From positions 4,030,001 through 4,094,000 of the forward strand of contig OZ024751.1 of NCBI GenBank assembly GCA_964016885.1: DNA of 64,000 bases, read 5' to 3'. The notes under the pieces are model-generated. The model was not told where the DNA came from. It saw nothing but the letters and a program-made list of their open reading frames with translations, and made no database searches. Position numbers and translations under genes: made by a program. Positions within the stretch are counted from its first letter, which is position 1. Every line of letters begins with the position of its first letter. Origin of the DNA: Eledone cirrhosa. Lineage: Eukaryota. This document shows positions 39,250 through 51,469 of the stretch, one piece after another.

Positions 39250-40110
39250 CTCTGTTGTCGAGTACATCTAATCCTGACTATGAGGTCAATAACTATGAGG
39301 CTATGTTGGGAGGTGCATTCTTCACGGAGTTACAACAAACACTTTGCCACGTCTTCTGGTAAGGATATAATCTATCTGACTGGCGTGTTCCCCTGATCTA
39401 TAGGTGATCAAGTGATTGTCTTGTTTTTTGATGTTTGTGTTACAGATAGTTAGGTTATTAGCGTCACAGAATTCCAGGATTCTGAAGCTTTCCTCATTTC
39501 TGGTACCAAACCCGCCGCCTCCATGGATTCCGTCATAGCAGTCACAATGTTGTCCAACATGACCATTTATGTCGCCAGCAATAATTATGTAGTCACTGTC
39601 GGTTAGTTGGGAGGTAGTGAACATTAGCGACTCATAGAATCTGTCCTTTATAACACCAGGCAGTCCGGATTGGGATGTGTAAGCGGATATTATTGTCACA
39701 GTAGTTCTATTTAGGACAAGTCTTATTTTGATTATTCTGTCGTTCACGCTATTTACGTCAATTACCTTATCTACCCATTTTTCTGCTAACATAATTCCTA
39801 CTCTACCCAGCCCATTTTCATTTCCTATCCAGAAAAGTTTATAGCATCGTTTTTTACCCACAATGAATCTAGCAGACCAACCCCTCCACCTAGTCTCTTG
39901 GACGCAACAAGCATCAACTTCCTTACGTTCAAGCATCTCTACAACCTCATTAGAGCGACCTTTTAAAGTGTCTACATTCATGGTACCAACTCTGAAGTTT
40001 TGGATTTCGTTTGGTGGGTGGAAGGGATGGGTTGGAGGTGTAGGGAGGGGTGAGGTTAGTGGATTGGCAGTATCGGCGATGGTCTCCAAGCAAATGATGC
40101 CTGCATATGA
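39250..40110 (-). mobile_element. RTE 5' fragment (APE endonuclease)
   Basis: VGTMNVDTL, CCVQETRW, ISAY, AGDINGHVG and SQIDYIL. Confidence 0.88.
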
Positions 40111-40235
40111 AATGTAATGTTGCATGGTAGTGAGACCTGGGCAGTGAATGAAGAGGATATGCAAAGGTACGTGAGAATCAGATTGAACATAAATGACAAA
40201 GCATGGATCAGCTGAGCAAAAAACTGTATACTAGA

Positions 40236-41143
40236 GCAGCAGTTGCCAACTTTTCAGACCTTACGGACAAATAAATTCATAATTTTAAATCCCACAAACT
40301 ACTAATATGAATTTTTTTAAAGAGATAAATACATTTATAAAATAATTGTTTCTACTTTTGGCACAAGGCCAGCAATTATCCAGTACATTACTGGTACTTT
40401 ATTTTATCGACACTGTAAGGATGAAAGGCAAAGTTAACTTCGGCGGGATTTGAACTCAGACCGTAAAGGGCCGTAACTATGCTACAAAGCATGGTGTCCG
40501 ACTCTCCACCGATACTGCCAATCCATAAAATAATTGTTTCTACTTTAGGCACAAGGCCAGCAATTACCCAGTGCATTACTGGTACTTTATTTTATCGACC
40601 CCGTAAGGATGAAAGGCAAAGTCAACCTCGGCGGGATTTGAACTCAGATCGTAAAGGGACGTAACTATGCTGGAAAGCATGGCGTCCGACCCTCTACCGA
40701 TACTGCCAATCCACCATAAAATAATGCTTAGAGAACTTCCATTTTATTAAACAATAGTGAAGTGTACATGTGTCATATTGTCAATAGATGATACATATGT
40801 GTAAAATTCTTTCATTGATGTTAGTTCTTTACTGAAAAGAAACATTTTTTAGGATGTTCTAAAATATATTTTAACCAAATATTTTAATTTTATTATTAAG
40901 TCACTATGCTTTGCAGCATAGAGTTATGCCCCTTTACGTTCTGAGTTCAAATCATGTCAAAATTGGCTTTGGCTTTCATCCTTACAGGGTCAATAAAACA
41001 AAGGACCAGTAATGCACTGGGGTAATTGCTGGCCTTGTGCCAAAAGTAGAAACAATTATTAATAAAATATAAAAATTGGAAATAATGTCCAAATTTTTCT
41101 GCGGATCCCCAAAAGTTTCTCTCTGACTACCAGTGGTCCATGG
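40236..41143. mobile_element. Possible hAT (Charlie-like) MITE containing three nested SINEs
   Basis: tactagag|CAGCAGTTGCCAACTTTTC left end. SINEs lie at ~40345-40716 (two, minus) and ~40905-41060 (plus). The right end is only partial. Confidence 0.45.
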
Positions 41144-42395
41144 AGGATATGCAAAGGCACGTTGCTGTCTGCTGTACTTGAAGAATCACTACTAAAATGA
41201 ACAGAAGAAGTAATAAAAAATATAAAATACAAATAGCATTAACAAGAAATCGATTAATAATTGTGCATGTATAAGTATTATAGAAATAATTGACTATATC
41301 TTATACACCTTCAAAATGATCCTATTTTCTTTAAAAATTTAAATGTAAACTCTTTTAAATGATCTTCCTTCTTAATTTTTTAATATTTCTACTATTTTTA
41401 CCTTTTGACATTAATTTTTTTAATATATATATTTTTTAATATTTTCTACTTCTGACATTATTATTTTCCTAATGAAACCTCTAAATATATTTTTTTAGAT
41501 GTAGATTGATAATCTTTAATTGACATTCTGAAAATTTATCCTCTTTACGATAGTTCTTCGAAATGCACATTACGTTTTTCCTCTCCTTTTGATCTTCAAA
41601 ATCTCACACATCTTTCGACTAAAATAATTAATCTCACACAAAATTATATATAATTTTCTCTATATATTTTCTGAGTAAATCATTCATCAAATTTAACGGT
41701 TAACAAGATTGGAGTTATCTTTCCCTTTTCAATTGTGCAAACATAAACATGATATATGTACGATAAACTATATAACTTCACTAAATTAACAATATTCTGA
41801 AAACAATGTTGGAACAAAATATTCGAATCTACAAATTGTTCTCCTCTTACAACTTGAACCGCCTGTTTTGTTTTTTTTATGTAGAATGCAAAATCAACTT
41901 CCTTCGTAACACATATTAATAATTGTAAATTATTTCTATTTCTATAATACTTATACATGCACAATTATTAATCTATATAGATATATATATACTTGTAACC
42001 TATTGTAATGTAATAAGATAAAATATACTTACAACCATAATTCTTCATATAATTGATTATATATATACAATATTATAACTCATAATATAGCTAAATAAAT
42101 TTAAATTCTGGAATCATATTCCACCATTCCCCCAAATTGTTAATTCCTTTAAATTAACGTAAATACAAGCTCTTCTTCCTACTCATACATACATATACCC
42201 TAATTATTTAAATTTTGCATAGCGTCTAAAATAACGTTTTTTTTTTCAGCCGTATACCTCAACCTCATTTGCACACTCATCTAAATAATTGGAAATATCT
42301 GACTTTTCTTCTCTTATCCCTTCACTATCCAATGAAAACTTGAACCGTTAAGGTATCTTATCTTGGTTATGTCAAAATTTATAAAACAAGCTTTG

Positions 42396-42456
42396 TGTTT
42401 TATCTGATGAAAGCGTATCAAAGTTTTGGTACCCTTGAAATATATATAATAGAATA
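42396..42456 (+). ncRNA. Minimal type I hammerhead ribozyme
   Basis: tgttttat CTGATGA AAGCGTATCA-aagttt-TGGTACCCTT GAAA TATATA TA atagaata. Confidence 0.8.
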
Positions 42457-42495
42457 AATATGGTTTTATAAATATAGTTTCCATTTATTTAATAT

Positions 42496-44376
42496 CATTC
42501 ATCATCATCATCATCATCACCGTTTTACGTCCGTTCTTCCACGCTAGCATGGGTTAGACGGGTTGTCCTGTTGTGGGCAGTGTCTGGTCGGCTGACCGTG
42601 CCTTGCTCATACAGGAACTGATTTGGCTTGATTTCTACAGCTGGATGCCCTTCCTAACACAAACCTCATTTACAGTGAGGGCTGGGTGCTTTTTCGTGGC
42701 GCCTACACATCCACTTTACAGTGTGGGCTGGGTGCTTTTTTGCCGTGGCACCTCCACGACCACCTTGCAGGGGGGGGGGGGGCATATTGTCTATATGCTT
42801 CAGCTTGTACCCACGGGAGGTCGGGTACTCTGTATTTCTGCGTGACGCCAGAGGTCACGGTCGTGTGTCATCGCCTTTGAGAGGTGTAATTGGGTAAGGT
42901 CGGCTTTTATCACCTCATCCCAGGTCATCTTGGGTCTCCCCACTCCGCGGTTTCCATCGACTTCTAGTGCTCTGCACCTTTTTATGCAGCTGTCATCCTT
43001 CATACGCATCACATGTCCATACCAACGCAACCGCCTTTCCTGCACACAGCATTTGATTCCTCTTATGCTCAGTCTCTCTCTCAATTCATTTATGCTTTGT
43101 CGTTCGCGTATATTACTATTACACATCCATCGGAGCATGTAGGCTTCGTTTCTACGTAAGTCTTCCACCTTCAGCGCCCAGGTCTCACTACCATGCAACA
43201 TCGCTGTTCGGATACACGCATCATACAGTCTGCCTTTCATTTTGAGGGAGAAGCCTTTTGCAGCTAGCAGTGGTAGTAGTTCCCTAAACTTCTTCCATCC
43301 CGTTCTTACCCTAGTTATTGTACTTTCTGAACACCCACCTCCGCTGCTAATTCGGTCACCTAGGTAGCAGAAGCTGTCTACTGTTTCTACAGAGCCCTCC
43401 TAGAGATTGGTGGTACTTGTTTCCTGTGGCTGTTTGCTGCTTGCTGTCCCAGCACAGCTGCTGCATGTGAAGCCTACATTCTTAATTAAGCTTCCTGAGA
43501 TCCCGCTACATCTCTTGTGTACCCATTGTTTGCATTTGGGGCAGAGAATTGAGTTCCTACCTACACCTTTCCTACATACTGAGCAAGGCCATTTCCCTGA
43601 GGGGATCTGGGTTCTGTTTTCTCGTCTACTTACAAGGACCTTAGTCTTTGTCATGTTGACTTTGAGACCCTTTCTTTCTACTCCCTGCTTCCAAGTTTGG
43701 AATTTCTTCTCTAGTTCTACCATAGATACAGCTATAAGTGCGAGGTCATCAGCATACAGGAGTTCCCATGGGCATCCGGTCTTAAACTCCTCCGTTATTG
43801 CCTGCAGGACTATGATGAACAGGAGGGGGCTAAGAACAGAGCCCTGGTGGACCCCAACCGGTACGCTAAATTCCTCGCTATACTCATTGCTAATCCTAAC
43901 GTTGTTGACTGCTCCCCTATACATGGCTTGTACCGCTTTCACAAGCCATTCATCTACTCCTAGTTTTCTAAGAGCCCACCAGATTACAGCACGTGGAACT
44001 CTGTCAAAGGCTTTCTCAAGATCGACGAATGCCAGGTAGAGTGGCTTACTTTTAGCTAGGTACTTTTCCTGTAACTGCCTCACAAGGAAGAGGGCATCAG
44101 TGGTGCCTCTTCCTGGTACAAACCCAAATTGCATCTCATCTAGTTTCACCTGGTCCCTAATCAACTGTGCTATAACTCTTTCTGTTACTTTCATGACCTG
44201 GTCCATCAGCTTTATACCTCTATAGTTTCCTCTATCTAGTGCATCACCTTTACCTTTGTAGCAGTTGACAATGATGCTACTGCACCAATCTTTTGGTATG
44301 GCACCTTCTAGTATTACCTGGTTAACAATACGTGTGGTTATAGTGTGACCTACAGACTCAGATGCCTTCAGCATCT
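42496..44376 (-). mobile_element. 5'-truncated young RTE copy
   Basis: Nearly identical to 35835-37660. RT motifs and the PHD-like insert are complete. Confidence 0.95.
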
Positions 44377-44579
44377 GTATATATATATATATACATATAT
44401 AAACAAGAAGTGTAAGTCAACAGGTTAAAATTAACTTCAGGGGATACTTCCTCAATTAGCAGTAATATATATAGAGAGAGGGTGACAGAGAGTGAGAGTC
44501 TGCGGTATTGAAACCGGGGAGACCACAAATCATGGGAGTCCGCTAATCATGGGGAAATGCACAGTTGGTATATATATTA

Positions 44580-45390
44580 TCATCATCAACATTCTATATC
44601 CGCTTTTCCTTGCTTGCAAGGATGGGACGGGTTCTATTCAGCACACCATCTCTCCATTCGCCATGATCCTTTGTCATCTCCTCTGTGAGCTGCAGCGATC
44701 TGAGCTCAGCTCTCACCACCTCCGCCAATGATTTCCGTGGTCTTCCGCTACTGCCTCTTCCTTCTACTGGGATTTCTTGACACTTCTTTACCCAGCGGTC
44801 ATCCTCCATGTGCATCACATGTCCATACCAATGCAATCTTTTCTTCTGCACACTACATCTTATCCCTCTTATACACAGTTTCTCTCTCAACTCGTCTATG
44901 CTTGGTAGTTTACACACATCCATCGAAGCATACTTGCCTCATTTCTCTCCAGCCGTCGCATATCCTCTGCAGTTGCTGCCCATGTCTCACTACCATGCAC
45001 ATCTCACACAGGCATCATATAACCAGCCTTTCATTCGTAGGGAGAAACCCTTCTTTGTTAACAGAGGAAGCAGCTCACTAAACTTCTTCCAACCCATTCT
45101 TATTCTAAATACTATGGCTTCAAAGCACCCTCCTCCCTTGCTAATCAGATCACCTAGATATCGGAAGCTATCAACCACCTCTATAGATCTTACCTGCATT
45201 TGAAAAATGTATCTATCGCTGCCACTTCTACTATCAAATTTACCTGAACAACTACTGCATATGTAGTTTTCCATACCTGTTAGTTTGCCTGCTGCATTAC
45301 ATCACTTTAGTCTTAGGTAGGTTCACTCTCAGTCCTCTTGATTCCAACTGCTGTTTCCATAGCCAGAATTTATTCTCTAGCTCCCTTATT
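44580..45390 (-). mobile_element. RTE 3' fragment (subfamily of 13430-16580)
   Basis: ENYICSSCSGKFDS...SFRYLGD and LHWYGHVMHM...GRPRKS. Confidence 0.85.
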
Positions 45391-45789
45391 CTCATTATCG
45401 TAATTTAACGTCTATCTTCCACGCTAGCATGGGTTTAGACGGGATATATATATATAGAGACACACATATATATTTATATGTATATTGAAGTGGATATGTG
45501 AATATCATGGGCAGTGGCAGAGACGAAAAGAAAATTTCTAGAGAAAACACATTTAAATATAGAAAGCTTCTCAGTATTTGATCCGGCTCTCTATACACAA
45601 AGTTCAACCTCTACCAAGGTTAACTTTTCCTTTGATCCTGTCTAGGATGGTAAATACTAGTCCAGTACTTGGGTAGATTATTTCTTTCTCTTTCTCTGAA
45701 AAATATTGGCTTTGTTCAGACCTGGTTTAAATGTATATTCTGGCAGTATTCCTGTGTCACCATCAGGAGTTCAGGCTCAATGACTGGAT

Positions 45790-46128
45790 GACGAAAAGCA
45801 CCCAGTCCACACTGTAAAGTGGTCATGATGGTGATACGACAAAAAGCACCCAGCCTACACTGTAAAATGGTCATGTAGGAGTCATGACAAAAAGCACCCA
45901 GCCCACACTGTAAAGTGGTCATGTGGGTGTCACAAAAAGCACCCAGAACACACTGTAAATGTGGTTGGCATTAGGAAGGGCATCCAGCCATAGAAATCAA
46001 ACCAGAAACAGTTCTCTGTGAGCAAAACATGGTCACCTGACCTAGCATTGCTCACAACAGGACAACTTGTCTAACCCATGCTAGCATGGTAAAATGGACA
46101 TTAAACGGTAATGATGATGCTGATGATG
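45790..46128 (+). mobile_element. RTE 3' UTR-only copy with expanded UTR repeat
   Basis: Four aaaagcacccag.ccacactgtaaa units followed by a (gat)n tail. Confidence 0.8.
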
Positions 46129-46378
46129 TATGTCTGTGTGTGAGTGTGTGTGTGTGTATGTGTGTGTGTGTGTGTGTGTGAGTGTGTGTGTATGTATGTG
46201 TGTGTGTATGTCTGTGTGCATGTGTGTGGGTGAGTGGGTGTGTATGTGTGTGTGTGTGTGTGTGAGTATGTGTGTGAGTGTGTGTGTGATCTGTGTGTAT
46301 GTATGTGTGTGTGTATGTGTGTGTGCATGTGTGTGTGTGTGCGTTATTAAAATATGTGCATGTTATCATAGATATACA

Positions 46379-47200
46379 CTAGCTGACGTATCCAGCTTCG
46401 CCCGGGTAAACAGATGATAAGAGAAGACAGGTAAAAGAGAAAATGACTGTATTGGATGTTTGTCTGGTTACAGTATGAGGCGAGTCCGTGGTGTCTGTGT
46501 GATACAAAAAACAGTTTAAAAAATCTTCCAGATATACCAGATTCTTCGTTGTTCCGTTTGTGCACAGTATATGAACAATTCTAGGTGCTTCCACCTGGAA
46601 TAATGGCCTCTAGGAGATGGTTTATCTTCTGCCTGACTATAAAACGTGTATCATTGCATAGACGTGGTTGTTCCACATTTCTCAAGAGGATGATGGAAGT
46701 TCCAATCTTTTTACATTATATGTAGATATATAATTAATATAAAAGATGATGCTCAGCCAGTTCGCAGCACGCCGTCGCTGCTTGGCTTCAGTGTTTCGTT
46801 GGCGTTGTTCAGCCAGCTCCTCTTCATTCACGGCGGCACGTCTTCGCATCTGAAGTTCGGCGTTCCGATGACGCTGTTCGGCCAGTTTTTCTTCATTCAT
46901 GGCTGCACGCCGTCGCCGCTGTAGTTCACTGTTTGATAAAGTCGAATTGCTTTTACTTTCTGTGGAACGCTGCACGCACGCACACACACACAAACATACG
47001 CGCACGTACATACACACGCACACATGGTAATAGTTACAGCGTTCACTTTGCCTCTCTGTTTCTTACTCTCCCATCTCACTCCCTCATTGGCATTATGCAT
47101 ATTAATTTAAGTTTGGCGTCGTTGAGGTGGGCGGAGTCGTTTGAAACCTATGAACCAATGATAATCGAGAATACTGACATTGTTGAAATTAATATATAGA
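46379..47200 (-). mobile_element. Internally deleted Helitron with both termini
   Basis: Minus strand reads A|TCTATATATT...acccgggcgaagctggat-acgtcag-CTAG|T. It retains an N-terminal RRRAA.NEE repeat and helicase scraps RNVEQPRLCNDTRF and NGTTKNLVY. Confidence 0.87.
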
Positions 47201-47629
47201 TGAATATAGTAGCAGTAGAAAATGCACACAGTTACTTAAATCAAACAGACAAATGTATCACAACTTCATCAGCCACTTTGCTGGTAATGCAGTTTCATAC
47301 ATTAAGGTGATACTGCAGTTGTAATGACAGTTTACGCAATAGATCCTGCTCTGTGAGACGATAACAAAACAATACAAATTTATGGGTCTTTCGATACCCA
47401 TAAGTGGATACGTATGTGAAAATTTACAACTATAATTAAACAGACAACAGATTGTGCAGCATTTAAATATATATATCATTCATCATCATTCATCATTTCA
47501 TTTTACGTCCGCTTTTCCCTGCTTGCAAGGGTGGGACGGGAACTGATTCTGGCTTGATTTCTACAGATGGATACCCTTCCTAACACCAACCTCATTTACA
47601 GTATATATATATTTATTATATATATATAT

Positions 47630-49003
47630 ATTTATTATCACCCTCCAGGCTATAACAGAGGAGTTCAAGACCGGCTGCCCATGGGAACATCTATACACAG
47701 ATTATCTAACTCTCATAGCCGAATCAATGGCTGAACTAGAGAAGAAATTCCAAACATGGAAGCATGGCCTAGAATCAAACGGCCTTAAAATTAACCTGTC
47801 TAAGACTAAAGTTCTAGTATGTAGGAAGGAAAATAGGGTACTGGTCCCATCTGGGAAATGGCCATGCTCAGTGTGTAGGAAAGGAGTAGGCAGAAACTCC
47901 ATTTTATGTCCCAAATGCAAAGTATGGGTGCATAAAAGATGTAGTGGGATCACAGGTAAGCTAACTAAGAATATAGATTTTATATGTGGCCGGTGCTCAG
48001 GTGCAATAAGTAGCAGCAAAGGCCCACAGAATACTAGCTCATTCCATTGCCCAGATGGTTCTATAGAAATAGTGGACAGCTTCCATTACCTGGGTGACAA
48101 AATCAGCAGTGGTGGAGGGTGCTCCGAAAGTACTGTAGCTAGAGTCAGAATGGAATGGAAAAAGTTTAGAGAGCTTATATCATTATTGGCCGCTAAAGGT
48201 TTCTCTCTAAAAGTGAAAGGCAGGCTGTATGATGCCTGCATACGAACAGCGATGTTACATGGCAGTGAGACATGGGCCTTGTGTGCAGAGGATCTACGCA
48301 GACTGGAGAGGAATAAAGCTTGCATGCTCCGTTGGATGTGTAATAGTAATATACGCGAACGGCAAAGCATAAATGAACTAAGTGAGAAATTAGGAATAAG
48401 AGGGATCAGATGCTGTTTACTCGAGAGAAGACTACGTTGGTATGGTCACGTGATGCGCATGAAATACAACAGCTGTATAAAAAAGTGCAGGGCAATCAAA
48501 ATAGATGGTAGCTATGGAGTAGGCAGACCCAGAAAAACCTGGGACGACTTGATAAATTCCGACCTCACACACTTACACCTCTCCAAGACAATGTCACTGG
48601 ACCGAGATCTTTGGCACTACGCAGTAATACAGAAGACCCGCCTTGCCTAAGTACAAAGCGAAACCTAGTCAGTAGGCACCTCTTAACCAAAATACACGCC
48701 TATCCCACTACCCCTACCCCACCCCCATCTACACCACCTCTTTCGATGTAAAGTTGTGTTGGTACCACAACATCCAGTCCTAAATAAATGATGTTGTGTA
48801 GGTGTCACGACAAAAAAACACACAGTCCACGCTGTAATGTGGCCGTGTAGGTAACACGGTAAAAACCTCCCAGTCCACACTGTAAACGTGGTTGGTGTTA
48901 GGAAGGGCATCCAGCTGTAGAAAACCCGCCTCAAGTGGGACAATTCCCATCCAGACCCATGCTAGCGTGGAAGATGGACGTTAAACAATGATGATGATGA
49001 TGA
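47630..49003 (+). mobile_element. 5'-truncated RTE with open C-terminal ORF
   Basis: The 307-aa ORF runs through the PHD-like finger to GRPRKTW, followed by the 3' UTR and (gat)n. Confidence 0.92.
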
Positions 49004-49559
49004 TATATATATAGTTATGTAATAAACACATAAGATAATTATTTCATTTACCAGTGGTTTACCTTTCTCTTTTCCTTTACCTTTCCTACGGAAATACTTC
49101 ATATTATATATATGTGTGTGTGTGTGTAATTCAGAATATCAGTTGCTTTAACTTACATATAAGTATTATGTATGGTCCCTTAACTCCTGATAGAGTTGTA
49201 AGGGTGCTGTATTGACATACAGTGTCTCTTGGGCATTTTAAGCCTGGCAGAGCCCATCCCTCTTCAGGCCTGAATACAACAGATTTCTTCCAGAGAAAGA
49301 TAGAAAGTGAGAGAGAGGATCTGAGAAAGAGATATAGAGGAAGAATCGACCCCAGTACTAGACTGGTACTTTTTTTATCAACCTCGAAAGGATGAAAGGC
49401 AAAGTTGACCTCAGTGGGATTTGAACTCAGAGAGCCGGAATACCATAAAGCATTCTATCTGACTAGAAAGTCAAACAAATATAAACTATACGTCTGCATT
49501 CAACCTCATTCACCAGACCTATATCACTGAAGGAAGAGTTGAACTGTATACGGGGGAGG

Positions 49560-50480
49560 GTGTGAATGTGTGTGAGTAAGTGTGTATGTATGGATTAGTG
49601 TGTGTAAGTGTGTGCATCTGTGTATGTATGTGTGTGTGTGTATGTGTATGCATGTGTGAATGTATGTGTATGCATGTGTGTATGTGTGTGCATGTGTTAG
49701 TGTGTGTGTGTATGTATGTGAGTGTGTGAGAGCATGTGTGTATGAGTGTTTGTGTGAGTGTATGTGTGTGCGTGAGTATATGTGTAAGAGTACGTGTGTG
49801 TGCTTGTGTGTGAGTATGTGTATGAGTGTGAGGGCGTGCATGTGTGAGTGCATGTGTGTGTGAGCATAAGTGTGTGTGTTGGAGTTAGTGTGTATCTGTA
49901 GGTTAGTGTGTGTGAGTGTGTGTGTAAGTGTGTGCATCTGTGTGTGTGTGAGTTTGTATGCATGTGTGTGAGTGTGTAGGTGTGTATGTGTGTGTGCATG
50001 CGTGAGTGTGTGTGTATGTGTGTGCTTGTGTGTGTGTGAGTGTGAGAGAGTGTGTGTGAATGTGAGTGTGAGTGTGTGTATGTGAGTGTCTGTGTGAGTG
50101 TATGTGTGGGTGTGAGTCTGTATCTATGTGTGTGTATGTGAGTGTCTGTGTGAGTGTATGTGTGGGTGTGAGTCTGTATCTATGTGTGTGTGTGAGTGTG
50201 TCTATGTGTGAGTGTGTGTGAGTATGTGTGTGTGTGTGTGTGCATGTGTGAGTGTGTGTGTCTGTGTGAGTGTGTGTATATGTGCATGCATGTGTGAGTG
50301 TGTATGTGTGAGTGTGTGAGTGAGAGCGTGTGTGAGTGTGAGTGTCTGTGTGTCTGTGCATGTGTGTGAATCAGTGTGCATGTGTGTGTGTGTGAGTGTC
50401 TGTGTCTATGCGTGTGAGTAAGTGAGTGTGTGTATCTGTACACATGTGTGTGTTAGTATGCCTGTGTGTGTCTATGTGCT
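49560..50480. repeat. Degenerate (TG)n microsatellite
   Basis: Visible array. Confidence 0.95.
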
Positions 50481-51469
50481 ACATATGTTCCTGTCATTGC
50501 CATCAGTGAAGTGTTAAACATGGCTGTCCCATCAATTTACAAAATCAACAGTTTTTAGTCCAACTCAGAAGTTATTAATATTTCAAAGCTTTATAAGATC
50601 ATTATCACAATACATAATACATGTCTCTGTCGGCTCAATAAATATATAGCTAATAGCTAAACACTGACAAGCTGTTGTGATGTTGGTTTGCTGGCTGGTT
50701 GGTTGGTCGAGTATTTACTTTGGTGGTTGGGTGGTCGGTTGGGTGGTTGGCTGGTTGGCTGGTTCACTAGGTGGTTAGTTGGGTGGTTCAATGGCTGGTT
50801 GGCAAGTTGTGGCTGGCTGGTTGGTTGGTTGATTATTTGAGGGCGTGGCTGGTTGGCTGGTTGATTGGTTGATTGGATGGCTGGTTGTTTGCGTGGCTGT
50901 TTGAGTGATTGTTACTACAAGCTGTTTGGTATTGTTGACCATCTGATCATACAACCTGATACAACTGACTCTTTTCAAGGCCAGCTCCAAGACCCGATGC
51001 TTGCGCTCCCTCCAGAGAATATACCTGTTCCTCAGCAAGCAGCATTTTGCTTGCTCTCCTCTCCTATCCTATATCCCCAATCCCATCACTGACTCTACAG
51101 CCAGGCAAAGGACATGAGTAACCTAGTATTATAATGAGGTAGTGCTAGTGCCATGATAAAATGCACTGAGAACACTCTGTAAAGTGATAGCACTGGTGCC
51201 ACAACAAAAAGTACCCAGCCCACCTTGTAAGATGGTAGAGCTGGTGCCATGTTAAAAAATGACCTCACTTCACCCTGCTCTAGCACAACATACCTTTACA
51301 TGTGTCTCTGACATCTCGTATACTCAGACTTCTCTCAACTCATTCTCGCTTCATCTTTAATGTCCACTAAAAACAGAAGCAATTTTACCAGTTTGTCACC
51401 TTATTAACTACTTTGTATTTCATACTGAAGTCAGTTCTGTGTAATTCCCTACTAACACCACAACCTTCG

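Noticed and set aside
50865-51092. Possible host exon in unique-looking sequence
   Set aside because: No recognisable protein motif and no convincing splice-site pair.
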